Assembly: GCA_015680685.1 (NCBI GenBank)
Contig: MNCI01002312.1
Coordinates: 288,655 to 352,654, forward strand
Length of the DNA: 64,000 bases
Direction: 5' to 3'
Source: Gnetum montanum
Lineage: Eukaryota > Plantae > Gnetophyta
The notes beneath the pieces were generated by a model. It did not search any database and was not told the DNA's origin. It worked only from the letters and a program-made list of their open reading frames with translations. A program made the translations under genes and the position numbers. Below are positions 12,942-24,175 of the stretch, piece by piece (position 1 is the stretch's first letter; every line of letters starts with the position of its first letter).

Positions 12942-13848
12942 NNNNNNNNNNNNNNNNNNNNNNNNNNNNNNNNNNNNNNNNNNNNNNNNNNNNNNNNNNN
13001 NNNNNNNNNNNNNNNNNNNNNNNNNNNNNNNNNNNNNNNNNNNNNNNNNNNNNNNNNNNNNNNNNNNNNNNNNNNNNNNNNNNNNNNNNNNNNNNNNNNN
13101 NNNNNNNNNNNNNNNNNNNNNNNNNNNNNNNNNNNNNNNNNNNNNNNNNNNNNNNNNNNNNNNNNNNNNNNNNNNNNNNNNNNNNNNNNNNNNNNNNNNN
13201 NNNNNNNNNNNNNNNNNNNNNNNNNNNNNNNNNNNNNNNNNNNNNNNNNNNNNNNNNNNNNNNNNNNNNNNNNNNNNNNNNNNNNNNNNNNNNNNNNNNN
13301 NNNNNNNNNNNNNNNNNNNNNNNNNNNNNNNNNNNNNNNNNNNNNNNNNNNNNNNNNNNNNNNNNNNNNNNNNNNNNNNNNNNNNNNNNNNNNNNNNNNN
13401 NNNNNNNNNNNNNNNNNNNNNNNNNNNNNNNNNNNNNNNNNNNNNNNNNNNNNNNNNNNNNNNNNNNNNNNNNNNNNNNNNNNNNNNNNNNNNNNNNNNN
13501 NNNNNNNNNNNNNNNNNNNNNNNNNNNNNNNNNNNNNNNNNNNNNNNNNNNNNNNNNNNNNNNNNNNNNNNNNNNNNNNNNNNNNNNNNNNNNNNNNNNN
13601 NNNNNNNNNNNNNNNNNNNNNNNNNNNNNNNNNNNNNNNNNNNNNNNNNNNNNNNNNNNNNNNNNNNNNNNNNNNNNNNNNNNNNNNNNNNNNNNNNNNN
13701 NNNNNNNNNNNNNNNNNNNNNNNNNNNNNNNNNNNNNNNNNNNNNNNNNNNNNNNNNNNNNNNNNNNNNNNNNNNNNNNNNNNNNNNNNNNNNNNNNNNN
13801 NNNNNNNNNNNNNNNNNNNNNNNNNNNNNNNNNNNNNNNNNNNNNNNN
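12942..13848. other. Assembly gap (N run)
   Basis: Continuous n characters. Confidence 1.
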
Positions 13849-15097
13849 GAAACGGTCGCCAACAGTTCTTTTGGCGCTAGAAGGAGGGCTGAAAATTAAG
13901 CCTCTAGGTTCATAAGCCTTATACTTTTAGCACATCAACAATTATTTGTAAGGCTTAAGAATTAGATACTATTTTCAGTTCATGACCAAGAAACCTGATA
14001 GTTTGGAAAATTTACAAGGTTCAAAAGATATTCTAGATTCTAAGACTGATTCTTCGTCAGAAGAAAAACGAAAGAAAGTTTCTGAATTGGGAACAAGTAG
14101 TGGAGTGAAAACTAGAAGATCAATAAGATCACCCATTATATCTGGTTTATCAATTCGTAAGAGAAGATCTATAAAGTATTAGAGTTCAACATTTCAAAGG
14201 AATAGGATGGCAAATCCTTGGCAAGGAGTTACACCATTAGGNAATCAATTAGATCAACAACAACTATATGGTGGATTGATACAAGCTAGGCAAGGAGCTA
14301 AAGAGTCAATTAGAGATTTCAACATTAAGTTTCAACAAATTTGTGGACTCTTTCAAAGATAATATAGGCCATTAGAAGAAATGCTTAAAGAAACTTATCT
14401 TAAGGCTGTTAACCCCAACATTTCAATTTGGTTAAGGATAACTCCAAACTTAACTACAATAAATGACTATTTTAGTGAAGCTATACAGTTAGAAAAACAA
14501 TTGAATCCTGAAGAGAATATTACAATTCCAAAAAAAGAAGAAAGAGTTATGATCCCTATGCAAGATTTAGCTCAATTTAAAGCTTTACCAGGTCCATCTC
14601 ATGTTAAGGAAGAACAAGAACATTAAAGAGTAGGATCTGAAAAAGGAAAATTAATGAGAGATATGTCTAACAAAATAGTGAAGCTTGAGAAAGCTTTGGC
14701 AAGAGTTAAGATCAAGGAAGAAAGGAAAAATAGAAAGCATAAACATCAAGACACTAAGTTAGTAGAATATGAGGATGAAAGTGATCTTATTATGTCCAAC
14801 TTTCTTGATATTGAATCTGAAAATAAGTTATCTAGTGTTCACTATGCAAGTAAATCTTCAAGCAATGGATCTAGTGATACTTCTCTAGCAATGGTCCCAA
14901 ACGGTCGCCAACACTAGCAATGGCCTGAAACTAGCATATGAGAGCATGAAAACTTTACATGAAAATTAGTTTCTTTTCTGAAGTGTTTCATTTTATTCAA
15001 AACTTTCACCTGTTGGAAATGTTTGCAAAAATTTCAAAATTTCAATGTTTGCAAAATTTCTAAATCGCAAAAATTTCAAAAGGAAAATCCCATGCTG

Positions 15098-18000
15098 TCA
15101 TGGGTTGTCTCTACTTGCACCATCCTCATTTCTCACCTTTGCTTCATCTACTTGTACATCATCCTTCTCTACATTGCCTTCTGCCGGTTCTTCATTCCCT
15201 CCCTCTACAGGCCTTGCACCCTCATCTCGAGCCTACATCGTAGGAATGAAGTAGGTAGTTAGGGCAACAAACGCAAACTATAACATAGCATGAGCATCTA
15301 CACAGTAAACTGACTAACCTGAGAGGTGCTCATGCTAGTCTCAAAAGGTATCTAGTCTAGACCGAGCTTGAGGAGATGCCAGATCTCCTTTGTCATGATG
15401 TCCATCCAATGTCTATCACTAGGTTCAGCATTCACAGCGGTGGCTCTCTCCCTTTCCACAGTCATCCATATTAGAGGTCCCGGGGAAAGGGAGGCAGTTG
15501 CCGTCTCTCCTATAGGAAGGTCCACTTTCAAGTCAGGAGATTCCACAGCCTTCACCTACTCTTTGAATTTATCATAGGCTTTAGAAGTGTCGATGGCATT
15601 CACAAATGCTTCATACATGAATGCCTCCACAACAGCATCTTTGTACAGTTTTCAATGGGTGTCATTCTCCAGCTTGTACACATGTTTGTGGTTTCTCTAG
15701 GTTCGCCCCCATTCAAAAACCTTGGCATTGACATCATTTATGTCTTGACACTTCTGGGTTAGAAACTCCATTTTCATTTGTTGTTCAACTATCTCACGAT
15801 TGGATTCAACATTCTGACGAATGACAGTCCAAAATCTGGGGTAATCATCTACAGTGCTACATCAATCCTTAGCATCAGGGTTACGATTTAAGAGGAACTC
15901 ATTCCTAGACCTAAGATCCTCCACATCAACGACCAGTTCAGCCTCTCTTTTTTCAACCCTTTGAACTTGTTTCCACAAGTCTTCGTTGACGTGCTTATAC
16001 TCCCACAAGGAGCGTGCCAAGTGCAAGATGCACTCGTGAGCCTCATCAAACATGCGACGAGACATCTCGATCACATCAAGTGAGAGTGTAGGTAGGACAC
16101 CAACTTTCATAGGTCGCGCCAGGTCCCATTTGAGCCGAGAGGCTACATCAACACCGAGAGCGTAGAAATCACGTTAGCATAGCAAAAATCAATGAACTCA
16201 AAATTTTCTAGCATAATAACATAGGAGAATTTAATACTGCAACTTACCCACGTCAGCGTCCACCTACTGAAGGCGTTTGATTATGTCATTGATAAGTCCT
16301 TGCACGAATGCAAACTTGTCAAGGATCTCGGCCCATGACTCCACATAGATCGGAGGAGGTCCTACGACATCAGCAGTAGCACCTGTTGCATGACTAATCA
16401 TATCAACAATGGCCAAAATGGACTATGATAAGGAAGATGTATCGCCAAACTCACCAGCGTTTGGCTGTGGTCTTTCTTCTTGCTAATGTAAGACGATGGA
16501 GGTAGCCTTGGTGGAGGGCCTTGCTAAGTCCATATAATCCTCTTCCTCGTGTACTGGTGCCTTCTTTTCAAGAGACCAGCATCTTTTTTATTCAAGGGAG
16601 GTGCCTCTTCGTTGATAGGAGGCTCCCTATTGACAAGAGCCCCTGCCCTAGAAATAGGAGCTCCCTTATTTTTGACTGGGGTCCTTTCCTCCGAAACTAG
16701 GGCCTTCGCATCATCATTCATCACCCTCATCTTGAGGGTCAACACTTCTTCATCGTATTCTTCTTCTTCTTCTTCTTCTTCTTCTTCTTCCTCTACTAGC
16801 AAAAAAGAAAATTAGCTCAAATCAAATGTTGTGCTACACTACATCGCCTAGCGTAGCATAGTGTAGCAAACAATAGCAAAGTAAGCACTACACAAAAGCA
16901 TTACCAATAGGGGATTGTGTTCTCTATAGCTTAAGCCATAGTCTTCATCCCTCCTCTTCCTCCACACAAAGGGTTTCCCTGGTTGGGGGAGGTCTTTTCC
17001 TTTGCATCTCCTTTGGCACAGTCTCAACCATGAGACGTTCACCATGCATCATGCTACCGGCTATAGCAGGGGGCATCTCTCCTACACTGTCTAGGACACA
17101 AACACCGCAAGCCACCAAACCTTTGGTCGTTACAAACAACAACTCTTCGACCACTTCCAGGAGATCTTGGGCTCGCATGGTCTAGAGGATCTTCCAAATC
17201 CATGGCTTGGAAATCTAGTTGCGAACTTGCATGGCTGAGGCTCCACCCTCTTGAACCACCAGAAACTCCACGAAGCACTTTAGACACCCTATGTAGAATA
17301 CATAGTGTATGTTGGAGTAGGGCTCTATTTTTTCACTGAGTCCCAAAATCTCAGCCTGCAAACCCTTAAATAGGAAGCTAGACCAATTATAATAGGCCCC
17401 TTCTTCCATAACCTCCTACATTATCCAAGCCTGCTTGAGTCCCAGGACCTTCCCTTGGGTGAGTAGTTGGGGAAATGTGTGGGCACAAAAGACTAGATAA
17501 ATCTCCATGGCAGGTCCATCCTCAAGATTATCCATGGAGAACCCTTTCCACTCATTAACAAGATGTAACCACTCCTAGATATCCTTCTTCATAAGGGTCA
17601 ACTCCTACTTACGCCTCAACCCTATGGGGATGCCATCGGTAGGAACACCGAACAGGTCTGTAAATAGCTATTCATTGATTGTAATGATCACCCATACACC
17701 CCGTATGCTCGTGCAAAAATAACCCACCCTCTCAGAATAGGACTTGACTAGGGAAAGCATCTCAGTGGCCGGAATGCTCAGATTTGGGGCCATGAATAGG
17801 TCCATAAGCCCCACCTTTTGGATGTTCTTCACCAAGGAGTCTAGGGCCCCTTGGTCTAACCAGCACTGGCTCGCTGCTACTTCGTCATATTTGAAGTAGA
17901 TGTTTGCCCCCTGCATCTCGGAAGTTACCACTGTCACCTCCTAGGGCTTCTTCACCCCTACAAAAATTTTTACAAAACGTACTTAGCATGATGATGAAGA

Positions 18001-18866
18001 AAATACATGGATTGAAAAAATACTTGAGCATGCGATACTTACTATTTGGCCCACCAGGTCTATATGGTAATGGGAACGACAGGAGTTCAACCATCATAGC
18101 CTCTTCAACCATGACCAGCTTAAAGGGTTCTTCCCACTCCCCATCCAGCCAACCCTTCTCCTTACACTGATTGTAGAGAATATAAAACATGCTTGGGTAG
18201 GTATGGTATTCCCCCCGCACTGACCAATCACACCTACTTGCAAGTTCTTGGCAGAAGAAAACTCCTGTAGGGCTAGCTGTGTTGTAGCTAGCAGACCCGG
18301 TTGGTCGTGAACCCCATCATCATTGATAAAAAACCTGGTGAAAGATACATACTATTAGCATTCAACCAATATGGCCAGCATTTCATAATACAGTAGAGCA
18401 AGATTGCAAAACTCACCCACTGGCACAGTAGATAGTCCCTCGTGGGTTCTGAAAGCATGTTGCCATGTAACGTGTGAGGAACAATGTGTTGTACTTGTGG
18501 TAGCAGTTGTATTTAGGCATGTCCCAGATCTAGGCTAAATGCCTTAAACCTATTGAGTGTTGGCTGGATCCCTCTCTTTGCCTACTCATGATTGCCCTGT
18601 TGGTAAAAAATCTCAAAATGCCATGACTAGCCCTAGGCAGCATGGCTTCTATTATGTCGGATGCCTCCACCTCCTCTAGGGAGGACCAAACGATCACACT
18701 AAAGTGGTAGACAAGGAATTTTAAGAAGTCCCATGTCTTTCTCCTGAACCAAACCCCTTGATCTCCAATACGTATCTGTGGAGGGAGGGCGTTGGCCACA
18801 GGTCTGCTCACATGGCACAAGACCCCTCTAATGTCCAAAACTATCAGCCTAGACCTTGGCCCCACC
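15098..18866 (-). pseudogene. Retrotransposon-borne multi-exon gene, copy 2 (antisense to gag-pol): FCP1/NIF-like HAD domain + PMD-like domain + poly-Glu + coiled coil; possible further 5' exon(s) to ATG at 19486
   Basis: RLIVLDIRGVLCH..VWFRRKTWDFLKFLVYHFSVIVWSS..IWDMPKYNCYHKYNTLFLTRYMATCFQNP; ITINE*LFTDLFGVPTDGIPIG..YYNWSSFLFKGLQAEI; VEDLRSRNEFL. Introns 18416-18335, 18042-17958, 16904-16796, 16454-16383, 16247-~16160, 15318-15233; stop TGA at 15098-15100. Confidence 0.82.
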
Positions 18867-19623
18867 CTACATGACACAATCAAAAAATGTTAGCATCATA
18901 CTTAAAGGCAGTACACACGCAACATAGCAATGTCTAGTAGTTCATGTATATAGCATAGCATAACCCTCTGCCCATACAATAACGTAGCAAGGGCATGAAA
19001 GCCTAGTGTAGCAAGAACATGCAAATAAGCCTAGCGTAGTAACAAAATAATTGACAACATGCTCTAATAAAACATGTGTCACGTTGCTGCATCACACATG
19101 GCCTAGCCCTCTCAAGGGTTTTGCGTTACAGCATGCTAAGGTCAAATAACTTACACTACCCCAGCCCCCACGGTTATGACAACCATGACGGTGGCGGTTT
19201 CAGCGGCCTTTCATGTAACCATGACGTAACATCCATGCATCTACCACCACCGAAATGGCAACAGAAATAATGCAAAGGATAAAATGACGTGACCATAGAA
19301 AACACAGGTAGCCAAGAATAGACACAAAACAAATAGAAAGCACAAAAAAAGAAGCAATGGAGACATAGCAGCTTAATAGGTCAACGGTGTGCTCTTCTGT
19401 GCCACAACGCATGCTTATGGCACACGGTCTAGGGTCTTCTTTGCCTCCTCAACCCTTGCAAGTGTCAAATGATTCTTAGGAGCCATTGTCCTATTCGCAG
19501 ATTTACACCTTTCACTGTGAAAATTTGCTTTACTAGCCAACTAACACAATTGCTTTGCGCTCTGAAATCCCCTTGTGCTCCAATGAGGGCTCTGCGCTCT
19601 TAGAATTAAAATGGCAAAATTGC

Positions 19624-19645
19624 CAGGGTTTAGCCCCTATTTATG
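19624..19645 (-). promoter_or_regulatory. Candidate core promoter of the antisense gene (CATAAATAGGGG followed by AAACCCT)
   Basis: Minus strand reads gccataaataggggctaaaccctgg about 150 nt upstream of ATG GCT CCT AAG (19486). Confidence 0.4.
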
Positions 19646-19829
19646 GCTGTAAGGACAGGATGGGAAAACTTTCCTCTCTCTCTCTCCGATTAATGCATAG
19701 TGTGCTATACAGCATAGCATGCTCACCATGACATCGTAGCACTATTAGCATTAAAGCCTTGACACACTTCAAGCCAGCTACTTGCCTTCCCAAAAATAAA
19801 AAATATATTTGTTTTTGGTTAAGTGTCCA

Positions 19830-20330
19830 AAAAGACCTTAAACTAGCAATCCCAAAAATCGCAATATGCACGAGTCCGAAAAGACCTTAAACTAGCAATC
19901 CTAGCATAGTTGCACCTCTAACGGTCCGAAAAGACCCTAAACTAGCAATTTTGACCTGTTACATTTTGTGGTCTGTAATGACATTAAACTAACAACATCC
20001 CATGCTTAAATAAGTGATTCTTGCATCTTCTTCCACATGGGCAGTGTTATAATTTCTAGCAGTTTTTTGTCTTCATGCTTGCAGTTCGTATTTTCACATT
20101 AACGGTTTGGCACTTTTCATACTCGAAGTTTTCCATTTCACATACTATTATTTTGCATGTTAAGATTTTTCATGTTGTAATTAGGTAGTCTAAAATGACA
20201 CTAAACTAGCAGTTTGGCATTTGCATATCAACAATCACACAATTTCACACTTTACGTTAGCAGTTTTACACCTTTAGCAGTTTTACACTCTTATGCCTTG
20301 GTAGTCTGCCATGACCTTAAAATGACAAAC
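19830..20330 (+). repeat. Second array of ACCTTAAACTAGCA-like motifs at the 3' end of the PR-RT spacer
   Basis: aaaagaccttaaactagcaat at ~19830, 19879, 19929; variants at 19980, 20197, 20311. Confidence 0.8.
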
Positions 20331-20451
20331 GTGCAATCTTTACATCGCCACACTTCACAAGTTGCATCTCATCGCTTCTTTACAAGTTTTCATTACAGAC
20401 AATCTCTGCTGATAAACGCCTCTTAATTAGGCTTTCATCCTATGATGACAG

Positions 20452-23400
20452 GTTGAGCAAGAGATGGAAAACCATCATGACCTATCCATGCCTTTAATGT
20501 TAGTAGGTCCACAAGGCAAGCTTGCAAGATAGTTGAGCCTCGACAAGATCGATTGGGGGTCAACCACAATTAGCACTATAGCAGCCTTAGAAGCATCCCC
20601 GGATTGGCCCAAGCATCTGATCCAAGCTATAGACTTAGAGGCTAGGGATGTAACTAAGGACCCTCTCGTCAAAGCACTTGTGACCATGTCAAAGGGTGAG
20701 GAGAAGACGTTGAAACTCAGCTCCCTCCTAGACATGCAAATGCATGAAAATGTAGCCAAGATTCTATAAGACAACATCGATTTCTTCGCATGGTCGTACA
20801 GTGACATGTTGGATCTGGATCCATGGCTAATTCAACACAACATCATCCTAGACCCACACATGAAGGAAGTCAAGAAGAAGGCTCATAAAGTTAAGCCAGA
20901 AATCACACTAGCCATGAGGGATGAAATCACCAAGCTATATCAAGAAGGTTTCATCTACGCAGTTGACTATTCAGAGTGGGTGTCCAACATTGTCATAGTT
21001 TCAAAGAAAATGGCAGGAATACAGATCTGTAAAGACTTCCAGGACTTGAACAAGGCAATGATCAAGGATGAATTCCCACTACCAAGCATTGATTAGCTTA
21101 TCGACACCACAGCTAGCTATGCTCTGCTATCCTTCATGGATGGTTTCTCTGGGTACAACCAAATCTGCATTAACCTAGAGCACCAGCTATCCATAACCTT
21201 CATGACCCCATAGGGAACCTTCTGCTACACCATGATGCCCTTCAGGCTTAAGAATGCTGAAGCAACTTACTAGTGAGCCATGAATTACATTTTTACTGAT
21301 TACATCCTAGAAACATTAAATGACTACGTGGATGATATAGCAGTCAAGTTCAAGAAGGCAGCTGATCACCCATGTGATCTAGGGGTAGTCCTCAAATGCT
21401 GCCAAAAGCACGACTTACACTTCAATCCTAAGAAGTGCATCTTCAGGGTGAAAATTGGATGCATGTTAGGGTTCATAGTATCGGAGGTCAGAATATGAGT
21501 GGACCCTGACAAGGTCAAGGCCATCCTCAACCTAGTGCCTCCGAAAAACCTTAAGGAGTTATGTGGTTAGCAAGGTAGAGTGCAATTCATTTGAAGGTTT
21601 GTAGCAAGGTTGATCGACAAGTTACACCCCATGCAACATCTTCTGAAGAAGGGGGTTAACTTCGAATGGACAACCTAGTGTCAACAAGCCTTCAACAACC
21701 TGAAGAAGGAACTCTTACACCTCTCGACTGTTCATCTATCACAAATGGATAAACCCTTCTTTATCTACCTCGCCACCTCCGACACATCTGTCACAGCATT
21801 GGTATGTCAGAAATGAGATGTCGGTTCTGAGATACCAGTGTATTATCTGAGTCATGCGCTAATAGCGCACAAGGAGAAATACAATGAAGTGGAGAGGAAT
21901 TGCCTAGCCTTAGTGTTTACACTAAAGAAGTGGCAACATTACCTATTCCGTAGTACAACCAACATCATTTGCAAAAGCAATATACTCTGGGCTATCACCA
22001 AAAAATTATATGAAAGTAGCAAGATAGCTTGATGGAAGGCAATAACCGTGGAGTTCGATCTATGCTATATAAGTCAATCATCAAAAAAAGGTCAAGCCAT
22101 AGCAACCCAACTCACAGCGTCTCTAGTCGATGACTAGGCAACCATAGACCCTGAATTCCTGGATGAATATGTTAGCAATGTCAACATCATCCCATCGCAT
22201 TTCGAAGCCACCTTAGATTTTGACGACACCTCAACCACGCAGGGTGGTTGCGCCACTACCATAATCATGTTCCCCTATGGGGAAATGCATCCATCTTTTT
22301 ATCAATTTACGTTTCCTTGTACCAACAACGTGGCAGAATATGAGGGGCTACTCAAAGGCCTCTTAACTACCTGAGCACTATGCATACAACACCTAGCAAT
22401 CCGAGGAGATTCACAACTAGTCGTGAATCAAATCATCAAGGTCTACGCCTACAAAGATACGCACATGCAATCCTACTACGACCTAGCAAAAATATTGCTT
22501 AAGCAATTCACAACCACATATGTGCAACTTGTGCCACATAATGAGAACACCATGGTAGATACCTTAGCTACCATTACAATAAATATTCCATCACATTCCT
22601 TGGCAAACCTGCCAACCGCGATTATAGAATGTGCAAAGCCTATCACTTAGGTGGAACATGTGGCATCTGTCAGTGCTGCAGATACCCAGGAGTGGTATGC
22701 CAATGTTAAAACCTTTCTACAACATGGCGAACCCCCAGGTGGATTGACATCTACCCAGAGAGATGCAATCCATAAGCGTGCTCGATAATACGTGCTCATG
22801 GGAAATGATGTCCTATGTCGACGCTCCTACGACAGGATATTACTAGCATGCATGGGTGGCGAGCAAGTGTAGAAGGTAGTTAATGAGGTGCATGAGGGGC
22901 TTTGTAGTGGACACATAGCACCCAGGTCTATGGCTACCAAAATCAGATGCCTAGGGTACTACTGGCCCAACATGGAACGTGACTTCCTATCGAAAGTCAA
23001 AGCATGTGACACGTGCTAGAGATACGCAAATCTCATGCACATCTTGCCTACAGACCTACACCCAATGCAAATCACGTGGCCCTTCCAACGATGGGGATTA
23101 GACCTCATAGGGTCTATCACACCTAAGTTCTCTATGGGGCATAACTTCATTATCACCACCATTGAGTATTTTACCAAGTGGGTGGAAGTCATTCCCCTAA
23201 GGAAGATGACGTCTCAGCAAATCTGTCATTTCATCCTTGACAACATCGTAACAAGGTTTGGGCTTCCAATGACTACTGTCACTGACAATGGGCCACAGTT
23301 TAGCAGTATGAAAACCTGGACCTTCTATAGCAATCTAGGCATTAAACAATCATTTTCTTCCCCTTACTATCCACAGGAGAATGGGTAGGCGGAGGCTACA

Positions 23401-23934
23401 AATAATTTCATCACCAACTTGCTGAAGCGGATGCTTAACAATAGCAAAAGACAGTGGCATGAGCAAATCCTCTACATCCTCTGGGCCTACAGAACAATGT
23501 GCATAACTGCAATGCGTAAGATCCCTTAGAGTCTTGTTTATGGATCTAAAGTTGTATTGCCTCTTGAGTTGTAGGTACCCTCACTCCGGATGATCCTCGA
23601 AGATGTCATGAGCAAAGCCCAAAACAATGAGTTACGAACCATCGACCTCGACTCAATGGAGGAGGATCATGTGCAGAAGTTGAGATCCATCGAGCACTAC
23701 CAAAGTAAGCAACAACAGAAGCACCGTGCAGACCCGCATCGACGGCCAGTGCAGAAGGGAGACCTCATCCTCAAGGGCATCCATGAGCACGTGAGCAAAT
23801 TCTTAGCCAATTGGGAAGGTCCTTACATGGTCACTAAAGCCTTCGGGAATGGAGCCTTTAAACTGGTGGACATGAACAACAACGAGTTCACCAACCCAGT
23901 GAATCACTCGTATCTAAAGTCATACTACATCTAA
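20452..23934 (+). pseudogene. pol of inner Tat element: RT, RNase H, additional archaeal-type RNase H (aRH), integrase
   Basis: DFQDLNKA, DGFSGYNQI, YVDD (RT); PFFIYL..YYLSHAL (RH); CTNNVAEYEGLLKGL..RGDSQLVVNQI (aRH); WPFQRWGLDLIG, TDNGPQF, YYPQENG, NWEGPY (INT). Confidence 0.95.
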
Positions 23935-23959
23935 AGTGCAACAGAAACTACAAGCACTA

Positions 23960-24175
23960 TCTACTACGATGATAAACTGGCAATTGCACCAAGTAGTGTC
24001 CACAATGATGATAAACTAGCAGTGTCAAGAAACTTCTGCTATGACGTTAAACTGATAGAAGCCATCCGCTACAACATTAAACTGGCATGTACGGTTTGCT
24101 GGGACCTTCAACCAGCGTAGCAGTCTGCTAGGACCTTAAACCAGCACACGGTCTACCAAGACCTTAAACTGGGTT
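23960..24175 (+). repeat. Third array of TAAACTRGCA-like motifs directly after the integrase stop
   Basis: gataaactggca, gataaactagca, gttaaactgata, attaaactggca, cttaaaccagca, cttaaactgg; homologous array at 63385-63552 (-). Confidence 0.75.

Larger units (their letters stand above)
11590..14913 (+). mobile_element. Nested, internally deleted non-autonomous LTR element (5' LTR 11590-13864 spanning the gap, PBS 13872-13888, gag remnant ~14200-14900, only the last ~20 bp of the 3' LTR)
   Basis: TSD CTAGC at 11585-11589 and 14914-14918; termini tgttag..ccaaca; aacggtcgccaaca at 13851-13864 and 14900-14913; gag-like QARQGAKESIRDFNIKFQQ; TATA near 12738. Confidence 0.75.

Noticed and set aside
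12849-13899. Three 314-343 aa ORFs
   Set aside because: Artifacts of the N gap.
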